From assembly GCF_018977255.1 (NCBI RefSeq), contig NW_024704743.1, forward strand, positions 91,080,001 through 91,144,000: 64,000 nucleotides of DNA, written 5' to 3'. The first letter of the stretch is position 1; each line of letters opens with the position of its first letter. Origin of the DNA: Callorhinchus milii. Its lineage: Eukaryota. The notes beneath the pieces are model-generated. The model made no database searches. It saw only the letters and a program-made list of their open reading frames with translations, and had not been told where the DNA came from. Positions 1 through 13,000 of this stretch are shown here, in pieces. A program made the position numbers and the translations under genes.

Positions 1-1994
1 ACAATTTTGCATTAGTGTGAGGTTTAATGTTCGCAAAGGTAAATACGAAGTTAAAACGCAAGTGGTTAGCAACTACAATGGAAATTTCAGCATTAAAGTG
101 ATTCAACCAGACCAGATATTCATACAAAGTGACCTTTAGTCATTGTTGATGAATAGTGATAAGTCACTACTGAATAGGAGAACTGCTGATAATGATAGAT
201 AGTTGCTGAGCTTAGTCATTTCTGTCAAACCATTTTAGATTTATGATAAGCCTCATTCATTCTTCTACTGAGAAAGCCATCAAAGCCATCGAAGTGGGCA
301 AAACACTCAACAGGAAACATTTGTTGTGGCCCAATACAAATGAAATCTTTCAGTTCGAAGCACGCTGATTCCCAATGACTGGTGACTGCAGAGCGTAGTG
401 TCTGACCCCACCTTAGTAAAGTGCTGCGAGACATTATTGTACATGAGGATGCTATATAAATGCAAGTTGCTGCCCTCAGAATTAGTCCCAGTGTCGTGTT
501 CAACAAGAGCAGTCATGCGTTCAGTGTAGATCTGCTGTAGCAAGTTTAATTAAAAATTATTTAGGTCAGGACAGCAAAGCTGTTTTGTTGACATTAATCA
601 AAGCGGGTTATTGTTCATTCCTCTCCCATGGCTTTCTCTTTGTTTTCAGTGTTAGATTTCTTTTGTCTTTCATCCACTGTTACCACAAGTGCTAAGTGAA
701 TAGGGAGCAAAAGGGAAAAAAAGATGTCCAGTCGTTTTGGTACTGATGAGTGTTGACAGGACAAACCCAAAGGAGACAAAGAGATCACAGAGACGTGCAG
801 TATTGCACTGACGTATATTGTAAAGCTCTCTAGCCTGGCTGCTGCATGTGACCTGCTTAAACTCTGCCAAGCAGTGCCCTAACAGAGAAATGCAGATAAT
901 GTATGTGAAGTGATTACTTGGTTTGATAATGGGCCAGTGCTGGAGATTAGATGTTAGGTTTAAACGTTCCACTCTTGTTTTCAGGGATCAGCAAAACCCT
1001 TCGTCAGTGCAATGTAAGTGGGTTACACTCAACGTTCCTACTGACTGTGTACCATAAAGATAATTATAGTGCAGCAACAGGCTTCCATGCTTATTATGCT
1101 TACACAGCTAAAAGAGAGAAAGAAAAAATAGCTGCATGGAGTATTGAATGAGAATCATCAGCTTGTGTAATAATAATATTTAAATAATTTTTAAGTTTTA
1201 TATAGCACTTTTCATGTTGGGATGGCATCTCAAAGCGCTTCACAGGATTTACTCTAAAGTGCAGTGACTATGTATTTGTGGTTGAACTCAGCCGCCATTT
1301 TGCACACTGCAATGTCCCACAAGCAGCTATAAAGTGTATGGCCAATTTTGTCAGGGGGATTGTTGGCCAGGACACCGGAGAAACTCCCTTCTCTTTCCAA
1401 AAATGAACTAAGGTTTTTATTCTACTTAGTTGCAGGAGTTTAACAAAGTGATCTAATTCTGATTTGTTGCCAGATTTGGTTTCAAATTCACATGGTTCAT
1501 TCTCAAATCATCAAACAAAATTATCTATACACAACGCCCCATAATCTTTTCAAAGAATACTACTTTATTGTCATTTAATTCAAAATCCTATTATCCTAAG
1601 TCCGTCTGATAGAATTTCCTAGAGTTTAATTTCCCTTAATTATCCACCAAGCAAATCTTTCATGAAAGTCTCATTAAAAAGGATACCGTGGCCTCAGACA
1701 TGATAGGTCAGGCTGCAGAAAGAAGTGAAAGTTTTCAAACATCTTGACAACCTATTAATCTCACACCCAATACCTAAGTGTGGGCTACACACTGTAACTT
1801 AATCTTAAATAAAACCCTCGTGGTGGATCTCAAATAGTTTCTAATGCTCATCACACACCCTGTTTATTGCCTATTGTAGGACTACGATACAAACATGGTC
1901 AACATATGCCACTCGCAACCAAGATGGATTCTCTTAAGAGGAAAATATGAGACATCCTGCTGCCTCCAGGGTGCTGGCCTCGATACTTTTTAGG

Positions 1995-2700
1995 TCAGGT
2001 CAGGTTTATGGGGGGAAGCAGGGAGATGGAAAAATGCACGGTCAAAGAGCAGGGTCTTGAGATGGGTCTTGAAGGCGGCAAGGGAGAGGGCGAGGCGGAG
2101 GGACTGAAGGATGGAGTTCCAGAGGGTGGGTGCAGAGTGGAAAAAGCCCGCCCACCAATAGTGGGGCGAGCAAGGTGGGGGACGTGAAGCAGGCCGGAGC
2201 CCGCTGAGAGGATGGAGCGAGCAGGATGGTAGGGGATTAGGAGATCGCAGAGATAGGGGAGAAGCAAGACCATGGAGGGCTTTGAAGGTGACGACCAGGA
2301 TCTTGAACTGTATCCTCTGCGTGATGGGAAGCCATTGGAGTTGGGCAAGGATGGGGGTGATAGGGTCACGGAGCCTAGTGTGGGAGAGGACATGGGCTGC
2401 AAAGTTCTAGTTGATCTGCAGCCTGTGGAGGGAGGAGTTGGGAAGGCCGACAAGTTTGCATAGTAAAGCTTTGATGTAATGAAAGCATGTATGAGGGTTT
2501 CGGCGGCCTGCGGGGTGAGACAGAGGCGGAGCCGGATGACGTTGTAGAGGTGGGGGATGGCAGAGCGGGTCATGGTGCAGATGTGGGCTAGAAAGGATAG
2601 TTGAGGGCCAAACAAGATGCCAAGGTTCCAGACTGGCTTAGCAAAGTGGAATGTGCAACCAAGGATGGTGATGCTGTCAGTGCCTGAGGTGAGAAGGCTC
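1995..2700 (-). mobile_element. L2 (LINE2) ORF2 C-terminal fragment
   Basis: Translation has NLGILFGPQLSF, AAETLIHAFITSKL and RPTIGGRAFS, typical of L2 ORF2; frameshifted. Confidence 0.9.
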
Positions 2701-2974
2701 TTAAGCATGGTGATGGGTTTCCGCGTGTGTCAGATATGGCTGACCAAAATAAAACATATAGATGCATAAGCTTATGTACATATCAACCCTCGTATACATG
2801 TATATTTAAACATAAAGATATTTTCAGGTGTAAAACATATACTGTATGTAGAAATACATATGTTATATCTATGTATACATGTACAGGGAACATACATAGA
2901 CTTTGCATCCATATCATGCTATAAAAAGCTCTAAATAGGAATTGTGGAGTTCTGTAGTATATTAACATAATTAT

Positions 2975-3332
2975 TAGTTAGTTAGAGCACTTGCCTCAGA
3001 AGCAAGAGGACCTGGGTTTGATTCCCAGACAGGGTGAAATGTTAGGCAAGTTTCCTTAATCTACACGCCTCTGTTTACCCAGCAGTAAGTAAGAAACCGG
3101 TGGTTAGTCCATTGATGGATCTCTTTTCTGGGGTTAATAATCCCTTCAAAAAAAATGTGGTCACTCAATCCCGACTGTTTTTGGGACACTGCTGTGCGCA
3201 ATTGGCTGCTGCGTTTGCCCACAAAATATACAGTCAATTCACTTTACAATATGTTCTGTGAAGCGCATTGATATGTCTTGAAGAAGTGATAAGGCGCTAT
3301 ATCAATTACAAGGAATATTATTATTATTATTA
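2975..3332 (+). mobile_element. tRNA-headed Deu-domain SINE
   Basis: gttagagcacttgcc..ctgggtttgattccc head, Deu core, ATT tail. Confidence 0.85.
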
Positions 3333-3428
3333 GAAAGCTACGCCCTGGACTTTTAGTCTGGACTGTACTATCAGCTAATATTCTGCAGTCGAACTTGATC
3401 CAATAACACGTTGAATCCCGAGGCAAGA

Positions 3429-3638
3429 GTACATAAGAACATAAGCAATGCTATACGAATAAAAAAGACCAAGGTCCATCTAGTTCACCTTCCATTTTCC
3501 AGGCGGTCACATGCACGTCCGTCCCAAACTTCCCATGTACTTTATCCCATAATGTGATTTCCTAAAACTATCTAATCTGTGTTTGAAGTTGTCAACATTT
3601 CCTGCTTCAACCGTCTCCTTTGGGAGCCTGTTCCAGAG
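3429..3638 (-). mobile_element. CR1-type 3' tail fragment
   Basis: acataagaacataag tail on plus and LWNRLP-like start on minus; homologous to 60341-60530. Confidence 0.7.
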
Positions 3639-6369
3639 TAAAGGCAACTATTGTCTAATATGTAACTATTGATAGCTGTGCAGTCAAACCAGGCCATTGT
3701 TTCTGTTCTGAGACATTTGTAGATACATTATCAGTAAACAGATAACAATAGTACATTTGTTTTGTGACAGGAATTAATTATTTGTGCTACTACCCAGTAT
3801 ACAAATATAATGTTGCTGTTGTTGTTGTTACCTTAGATCATGTGGCCTGTTATTTATGGACCCTGTAATTATAGTTTTCTTACTGCTTTTCTCTCTCCTT
3901 TTCTTTTCATGTTTTCTATCTCTCAATGCAATAGTGAATGATACAAGAGCTGCCTTAGGCCCAGATAAGTTCAGCATGCTTGAATGCAGTAAATGTAGCC
4001 AGTAAAAAAAACAGAAACAATATGATTTAAGGCACAACTGGACTTTAGACAGTTTGATATCTTTTAGAATTGGGGCAGAGAATATCATCCATGTATCCAC
4101 TCCTGATTTCTGTCCAGTGCCCCCTCCCCATCCCAACCCCACCCAGATTTAGGTTTGACTCCGGTCAATAGCAGGGAAGTAACCTTCCAAGTCTCACTGC
4201 TCAAACCCATGTATGAATAATATTGACCTGGGTGAGGTTATGGAAGACAAACAGGGCCTGGGTAACTAAACGCCAGCGGAAGGAATAAGAAAGTCAAAAA
4301 CTTTAGCAGAGGAGGGAAACGTCAGAAAGGAATGATTGTTGGGAACCATGTTCCCCTAAAAAAAACTGCATATTTTGACAAAATCACAAATGAAAATTGC
4401 TGTTTTATAATGATAATAAAAAATAATATTAATAATCCTTGTATTTGATATAGCACCAGTTGTGCTGGGAGGATATCTCATAGCACTTTGCAGGAGTCAC
4501 TGTAAAGTTTACTGAGTGTATGTATTTTGCAGGCAAGCATGGCAGCCAACTTGCACACAGCAGTATCCCACAAAACAACCACAAAGTCATTTATTATTAT
4601 TTAATAAAATAATAACAATATTACTTGTATTTCATATAGCACATGTAACACCAAAACATCTCAAAGTGCTTTACAGGGATTTGGAAACTCTGTCTGTCTG
4701 TCTTCTGTCTGTCTCTCCAGTGCCTTGGGACGTCCTCCCGATGTGAAAGGTGCTATATAAAAATATATAAATGTATTTTTTTTTGTTATTGGTGCCAAGC
4801 TCCTGAGATATGTATGCAAATGGAGCAATCAAATCACTTACATTCTGACACCACAAACAACATGAAGTGAATAATTAATTTGGGGGATTGTTGGCCAAGA
4901 TATAGAGAGAAACTCCCTTCACTTTTTCAAAAGCACTATGGGATATTTAGCATCAACCTGAACAGTTTAATATTCCATGTGAAGGATGGCAACCCTCACA
5001 ATCCAGTGCACACCCAGCACTGCACTGGAGTGTCAGCCACGACTGACCTCAAACTCTGATATCCGGCTTAACTCATAGATGTAATTGCTACCAAATGAGT
5101 CAAGTTAATTCATAGTGACTAGCATCCTCAGTAATCAGTAGTCAGAGCTATGCTATGTTCCTTGTTCTTTGTTACTAGGTCATATTTAGTGAGTACTGGT
5201 GGTAAAGGTGGGAAAAGCTGACGTTTAGAAAATGTGAATTTGAAGCATTTTAGTCAAAGGCCAGTCGGTATGAGCAGCATCAGGAGGAGATTTTGGAAGT
5301 CTGCCTGAAATAGCCACAGCGAGTGAACACTGAAAAGACAAAATAAATCAGTAACCTAAATAAAGATATACTGTGCTAATAACACTCAATTATTACAGTT
5401 GATTGTTCACGAAAACTGCTTTAGTCATTCAAAGATTGACAATAAAAGTAATTGATTGCTCAAACTTCAAGTGAGATTTAAAACTTTGATGGGATTTATG
5501 CCCCATTGGACCATTGATTATTCAGAAGCTTTTATTTTCAGTTTTATTTCTTTCCTGAACTAATTACTGTGTTGTCAATCGGCCTCGGGTTACATGAGGT
5601 CCTGAGCAGAGTCAGAATCAGAAATAATAAATAAAATAATAAACCTTGCATTTGATACAGCACATTTTCACATAATTTATCTCAAAGTGCTTCACAGGAT
5701 TTATTATAAAGTGGAGTGACTGTGTATATGTAGGTCAACGGGGCCAAACTGAGGCCAGTTCAGGAGGACTTTAAAGATCCCATGACATTATTTTCTCTGA
5801 GTGGTCCTGGAAATCAATCCTCCAAATAAAATTTGTTAATCACTTCTAAACTATTTGTGGGATACTGGTGTGCACAAATTGGCTGTCGTTTTCGCCTATA
5901 AAATAATAATAATAATCCTTGTAGTTATAGAGCGCTTTTCACGTCTTCTAGACTTCTCAAAGTACTTCACAGATTATACTGTAAAGTGAATTATAAAAAA
6001 TAAAATAAAGATGAACAATTGCTACATTTCAGCTGTCGCTAAATCCTATGAGGTGCTTTGAGACGTCCTTCTGACATGAAAGGCGCTATATCAAGTGCAA
6101 GAATTATTATTTATTGTGTGACTGTGTTATCACAACTCAGCTATGTACTCTTAAGACTATTTTTACATCACCAGTTTGCCTCTGAATGCAACTTCGTCCA
6201 CAAAAGTAATATAATAAAATACTTTATAATATACCTTGTGAAGCGCTTTGGGACAACCACCCAACATGAAAGGTACTCTACCAAATGCAGGGATTATTAT
6301 TATTATTATCCATATTATTATTATTATCATGTTATTGCTGTTGATTATAATGATTATGAATGATTATAG

Positions 6370-6830
6370 GAACTATGCTTATCTTGTACTGCCACATGCG
6401 CCCACATTCAATTTGTGGGTCAAGATACTTCCTGATCTTCTCTCGTTCCTTATTTCATACATTGCAGTCACCTGGAATAGTCACATCAATGCTACTGCGT
6501 GTACAATCTAGTTATTTTTATGATGATATGTGGTTTATCAGATTACTATTCTGTATGCACTTGCGAGTCCCAGCTTATTGTGATGTTAGCTTTTGATGTC
6601 ACTTTTGCTGGTTTATGTTCTTACCCCTTGGTCTTTATGTCGATATCAAAAGTGTTTACAAATTGTCCAGTGGATATACATAGCTACATTGCTATGTTGT
6701 ATAAGGTACTCCAATGACACTAGGGCTGGACATGATGACAATATGTGGTCTACTATTTTGGTGCTTGGTGGTATATTCGTCATTTCGGATCAATGTTTTT
6801 CTTTAAAATCTTATTTCAGAATAACAGATA
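6370..6830 (+). pseudogene. Possible highly degenerate olfactory-receptor-like (class A GPCR) relic
   Basis: Across shifting frames and in collinear order: KILPDLLS..ISY, WNSHINATACTI*LF, CESQLIVMLAFD..LCSYPL, IHSY..NDTR, LKSYFRI. These resemble OR motifs PKxLxDLL, ISxxxCxxQxFF, ExxxLxxMAFDRYVAICxPL, HSYC..CxDT and SYxxI. Multiple stops and frameshifts; DRY not intact. Confidence 0.3.
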
Positions 6831-7039
6831 CTAATAGCTTGGTCTTGTGCTGATATTCTGAGAGCTTCTGTTTCAGCTCTCAGATCCCCATTAGTCAACC
6901 AGTTTATATTTAGTTCACTTTATTATTATTTTATTATTAATATAGTTATGTATACTATATTAAGGGTTATATACTATATACTATATACTATATACTATAT
7001 TCAGGGTTGCAAAATGCTAAAGAGATCAAGTGGCCACAG

Positions 7040-7330
7040 GTTTGATTCCCAGTCTCCACATCTCTGCTGCTATTTGATCTCAGCAGTGGGCAGTAGTTCA
7101 GGGGAAATAAGTGCCCCTGGCTGGACAGGGGAGCGAGGCAGCTCATGATCACTAGAGTGAATTACACAACACCCTGCTGGAAGTGCGTGTTTATAAATGC
7201 TGGGTCAGGTCAAGATTTGTCTGAGCTTTGATGTTCCCATCGAATCGTCTGTCAACATTCACCGGCAAGGCTCAGATGTGAATAAAGGCCATTTAGAGCC
7301 AATGCACTGGAGGACAGATGACATATGTGG
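7040..7330 (+). repeat. Older dispersed SINE-like repeat (third family)
   Basis: B-box-like ggtttgattcccag start. Its 3' part (caacattcac..ggctca..tgtgaata..ggcca) recurs at ~4190-4250 (+), ~44000-44060 (-) and ~48360-48470 (-). Confidence 0.5.
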
Positions 7331-7489
7331 AAACATTCCCTGGTAAAAGGAGAGGAGCCTGTTACTCTCTTGCCAGAGAGGAAGGAGATGGAAGGAAATT
7401 AAAGGAAAATAGTTGGTAAGATACAAAGGTGTTATGCAAAATCAATAGGTATAGCTTTTATGAAGAAAGCCAAGGAATACTTGAAATTT

Positions 7490-7565
7490 GCTAGTTATCT
7501 GGTTAGCTTTTATAACTTTTATCAGTGGCTAGTTATCTGGTTAGCTTTTATAACTTTTATTAGTT
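7490..7565. repeat. 38-bp tandem duplication
   Basis: gctagttatctggttagcttttataacttttat(c/t)agt occurs at 7490 and 7528. Confidence 0.9.
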
Positions 7566-7594
7566 ATAACAATATTAAACTGCTGAACAAATTA

Positions 7595-7939
7595 TAATAA
7601 TGATATAGTAATCCTTGCATTTGATATAGCGCCTTAACACTTCGAGACTTCTCAAAGTACTTCACAGAATATACTGGAAAGTGAATTGACGTATTTTGTG
7701 GGCGAAACATGGCAGCCAATTGCGCACAGCAGTGTCCCACAAACAGTCGTGGGTTTAGTGACCACATTATTATTTTTTTTAAGGGATTATTACCCCCGAA
7801 AAGGGTTCTTACTTATTTCTAGGTAAACACAGACATGTGGAGGAAGGAATCTTGCCTAACATTTTGCCCTGCCCGGGAATCGAACCCAGGTCCTCTCGCT
7901 TGCAAGATGAGGGCTCTTGCAACTAAGCTACAGGATTCC
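7595..7939 (-). mobile_element. tRNA-headed Deu-domain SINE
   Basis: Reverse complement: ggaatcctgtagcttagttg..cttgcaagcgagaggacctgggttcgattcccggg, Deu core, tail. Confidence 0.88.
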
Positions 7940-10900
7940 ACTTGCATTTATATAGCGTCTTTCACGCTTTACAAATACTTTTGCCAACTTTTCTCCTTTA
8001 CTTTCCTTCCTTGTCTTTTACAGAGTCTTGAGCAGGAGTGCGAGCTAGGAGGAAGATGTAAAAGAGAGGCACAGCAAAAAAGATAGATTTTTAGATGGTT
8101 TTTGAAAGGAAGAACAAAGGAGTGACAAAAGGTAGACAAGGAGGTGGTGGGATTTTGGAATAGAGTTAAAGAGAACTGGGGCAAGGAGGCTGAAAGCTTG
8201 TACTGGATACTGGGTTCTATTGTGTACCATGTTATGTACTATGTTGTTTACTGTGTTTGAACTATGTTCAGTATTGCATCGTGTTATGCATCGTGTTGTG
8301 TTACCATGAAACTATAGAAATTAAAACACAGAAGAAAGCAATTCTGTCCATCGTGTCTGTGCTGGGTCTTTTAAAGAGCAATCCTTTCAGTCCCATAAAC
8401 AATCTTTTCAGACCCAAATACATACTGCCTTAGTACTATTGCTGTGTAAAAGCAACCTACACCATCACCGTGTTATCATAGCACTTACAGGGCAATTGCC
8501 ACTTGCATTCTGTCTTTTTGTTCTTTGTCTCTCTGCACATTTTTTTTCTTAAAACTTTTACTTTTAAAAATAAGTCAATACATACTTTTCATGGTTTCTT
8601 TATTTTCCTCGTTTTTGCCTCTGGCAGTTTTTCCTTGTCTGGAATTATTCTGATCTCTCTGAAATATCTTCGCCAATATTTTCGGTCTTTCACTATTTAG
8701 CTTTTTTTCTCTTTTACAGTTTGAATTTAACCAGCACATAAACAAAAAAACTCTGCTCCACCCACATTTCTGAGACCTGAGACATTTATTATAAGTACAG
8801 TACTGTACAGACCACCACGATTACTGACTAGCCGAGAATCATCCTTACATATTCTTGATACCAGAATAGAATTAATTAGCCCTTATGTTCTGCAAGAGGT
8901 AATTATGAAATTACTGGGTATTTTTAAAATGTCTGAGTACCTGATTAGATTAATTGTTGCCAACTGAGGGGAGGAGTTGAGTAATATAAATGGAAAGCTT
9001 TGGCATTTTGTTTTTGGTCAACTGGGTGTCTGACGCACGCGGAAACCCATCATCATTGCTAAAGAGTATCCAAACCATACTGAGAATTACACATTGTGAT
9101 GCCAGCTACATATAGAAATTTCCCTGTGTCTGGATTGGAATGCACGCGCTCTCCCCAGAGAGACGCACGCTGCTTTCCTAATTCCAGACTGTATAAGGCA
9201 TGGGTGGGCAAGAGCCAATGCTTGGGGACACCACAGTGTGGGGTGAATGTTGGGTTTCTGCCGGAGTGTAACCAGCTAAAACCACATAGCTTGCCATTGA
9301 GAACACTGTTATTGGTGCTGCAAGGTTACTTCTGAGTCTGGTGAGAGGAGACCTCAGGGTTGTTATGTTTCCAGGTGTGGATTTCAATGAGACCGTGAGC
9401 AGTGAACCAAATTTAGTGTCAATCTTATCGCTCTCTGGCAAATGTTTCACATACTAACTGCACCAATAAAAATTTACAGCTCAGTTTGAGCGGGCAGAAA
9501 GACAATAAAAAGGTGACCTAATTTATTGGAGAACCAACATCACTTCCTACAGAGGAGTAAGTGAACTCCCAAATCACCAACTATAAACAAGCCCCAGCAA
9601 TGAATCTGAGTCAATTTTGCACCAGGTTTGCTTTGGAGAAAAAGATATAAACAGCATTCTATCGCTCACTGTCTGGGCTCAGACATAAAGAATGAACATT
9701 TTTGACAAGTTAGGAGTGAAAGCTGATAACTGTGAAACAAAACCTTGCATTTATATACCTCCCTTCACATAAGATAACGTCACAGAGCACTTCACAAAGG
9801 CGGGGTCGGTCACTAAGCAGGGTAGAGGGGCAGCATGGGAGGTGAACACAGTGCAATCGAAGAGATGGAATGCAATCACTTCTGGATTTTATGACATATG
9901 TGTGAGACAGAGAGGGCGTGAGATAAAGGGGTAGAGGGAGGGAGTTCCAGAGGTTAGGAACAAAGTAGCTGAACCTCTCCCAGTGCCCTGTGTGAAAGAT
10001 ACTGGCACTGGGGTAGGTTCTAGTTGAGGAGCGAGAAAATATGAAACCTAACAGATAAATCTTGTGAAGCACTTTGAGACACCTCCACAATGCGATAAGG
10101 CACTATATCAAATGCAATTATTATTATTATTTATTACAATTGCTCCTCATCTGCTGCCATTTCTCCAGTCTTGTTGAGCAGTGGGATCCCAGTATAGGTT
10201 TGTTTACTCGCTGCTATCTAGGGGGTGATCACTGCCAAGCCAGGCTGACGGTTCCTCTGGAGATGTCAGAGACGTACAGTAACTCAGGGTTGTTTAGGGG
10301 TCAGGAGCAACTCAGCCAAATGGAAGGACTTCTGTGACAATGATTTCCAGATGTGTGGGGAGGTCTCCCATCTGCAATGCCTGCTGAGGGGAATGGCATT
10401 GCAATACATCATTGATATATCGGAAAGATTATGCCAATCAAAAGCTAAGTGTACATCACAAGCTATGGAAGAGCTCTTGTTACAACTGCAGGTAATTTGT
10501 TAGGAATAGGCTCAAAGGCCTTGGAAAATGATAATTGTCTAGCGATTGTGTACAATGCAAATTTAGAAAATTAAGAATAATAATCCTTGCATTTAACATT
10601 AAAATGTCTTAAAGAGGTTTACAGTATTTACTCTTCAGTGTAGTGACTTTGTATCCATAGTTGAAATGAGGCAGCTAATCTGCACTCAGTAATGTCCACA
10701 AAAAGTCAGAGGTGAATGATCAATTTATCAGGAAGATTGCAGGCCAGGACACTGGGAGAAAGTCTCTTCTCTTTTCAAATAGTTTCATGTTTTTTTTAAT
10801 ATCCACTGAACAGGTAGATATTAAAGCCTTGGTAAGGATCATCAGAAGGTGGTCACCTGTGACAATGCAGGGCTTCCCCCAGGACTGCACTGAAGTGCCA

Positions 10901-11759
10901 GCCAGGACAGTGAGCTCTATTACAGGTCAGCATTACTGATGATTGACACAAAACAAAATTGGTGAAATTCGCCGCATTTCATATCAACAACAGCTTGCAT
11001 TTATATAGCGCCCTTCACACGGGGTAGCGTCCCGGAGCATTTCAATGAGTTCCTTGTGGTAATTAAGTTCAGAAATGCTCCAAATGTTTCCACATTGTGT
11101 AGGTTTCAGCTATTGCTGTTGTCTTGACACTGATACTCAATCCCATATCCTTTTTCTGCTCAGCGATCTTGGTTTCGCAAGATCACAAGAGACCGCTTCT
11201 TCATCCAAGATTTCGTAGAAAAAGGCCCTTCGGCTCATTTGATCTCATCATCTGGAATACTGACTCTATCCTTTCCCATCACAGGATCCAGCTGTTTTCA
11301 AATTAGTCCAGTGCCCATCTTAATTTCATCTAGGTAAAGAAATATTGTAATTATACTATACATTTATCTCTGGAACAGATCCAGCCACAACCTTCTAATT
11401 TAGAGATGAGAGTGACACCAACTGAGCCAGACTGACACCTAGTTTTATGTTCCTGTGTACATAAAGACATCAGTCTGTAGACAACCTTTCACAATGTTTT
11501 TCTTCTGTTAGCTGGGACAGTGAAGAGGCCAAGAAACATCTCGCATGCATGGAGCGAAACCCAGAAGGTACAATGTTTTGCAGATTCAAAACCTACTCTG
11601 AATGGCACTCTGTTTAACACTGACCCTGCATTGTCATAGGACAGTAAGATGCTGAGTACAAACCAGAAGATCACAAATTTGGTTTTGGTTGAAGAAGGTG
11701 GCCTGTCTGATCTCTTCCACAACACCTACTCGACTGTCCTCCCATCACAGTATCAAACT

Positions 11760-12095
11760 GCTTTTTAATTGAGTCCATGTTCCCAATCTCAACCACCGTT
11801 CCTGACAACCTGTTCTAGTCATTAATTACCTTCGGAGTAAAGAAATACTTCCTGGTATTTGTTCTGAAATTTCCCTTCACAACTCTAAATCTTTATCCTC
11901 TTCTTCTACTGTCTTTGTACATGATAAAGCATTGATCTAGGTTTTCTTTTTCAAATCCATTTAGACTTTTATCACCACTATGAGGTCCCCACTTTGTCAA
12001 GACTGAAGAGCCCCCGCTTGTCTAATCATTGCTATTAGCTCATTCCTCCAATACTGGCGATCATCGTGTTGCTCTCCTCTGCATTGCCTGGACTC
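11760..12095 (-). mobile_element. Old CR1 3' fragment
   Basis: Reverse complement resembles the 21 kb and 26 kb CR1 pieces (gactagaacaggttgtcagg). Confidence 0.6.
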
Positions 12096-12564
12096 CCAGC
12101 ATTGACGATTTCAAAATCCAGTATATCAAGTCGACTTTTTGTTCATTTCAGGAAAAGGAAACGATCCAACAAATCAGAGAGGAAATCCTAACAAAGCACC
12201 AGTTCATGCTGTGTTACCACAAAACCACAGTGACAGTTTCTGTGAAATCTGCCTGAACTCAAATGTTTTTAATGGTCTTTAACAACGAATGGTCTTTTAA
12301 TTGCTCCCACTTAAAATATTAGGCAGTTGTGAGCCAGGAGAATGAGTTAATAGACTAATTCACACATGGTGCTCACAGTGATCACTGTGTTCTGAAAGCT
12401 TCACTTGTTGAAAAAAATAATACTTTCTTAATCTCTGTATTGTTAAGTCCTAAAAATATATTTTTTAACTTAAGCGAGATCATATATTTATAATAGATTG
12501 GTAAGATATTAATTGAGAATGTCTGGTAAATTGTTTAGAAAGTTTCTGTGTATAATTTACACGT

Positions 12565-13000
12565 GTCAGCCTGACTCAATTGGTACACTTTTGCCTCTGA
12601 GTCAGAAGGTTGTGGGTTCAAGTCCCATGTTGAGACTTGGAACTCATGTTGACAATCTAACACAGTGCAATGTCAGCATTCATTGTTCTGTGTTATCGGA
12701 GATGCTGTCTTTTGAATGAGACATTAAATAAGGTCCTTTACTCTGCCTGTCCGGGTTGACGTGAAATATCCCATGGCCCTATTCAAAATGGAAAAGAAGT
12801 CTCTCTTGGTGTCCTGGCCAACAATCCCCCAAATAAAATTGATCACTTACTGCGTGGATTTTTGTGGGACATTGCTGTGCACACAATGGCTGCCAGTTCA
12901 CCCACTAAGTACACAGTCTTTGCAGTATATCCTGTGAAGCGCTTGGAGACATTTCAATGAGGTGATAAGGCACTACATCAAATGCAAGGATCATGATTAC
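12565..13000 (+). mobile_element. Second Deu-SINE family (SacSINE1-like head), near full length
   Basis: gtcagcctgactcaattggta..ctctgagtcagaaggttgtgggttcaagtccc head, gtgtcctggccaacaatcccc, Deu core, tail. Confidence 0.85.

Noticed and set aside
7490..7565. CRISPR-like direct repeats
   Set aside because: Only two adjacent copies, no spacer, eukaryotic context.
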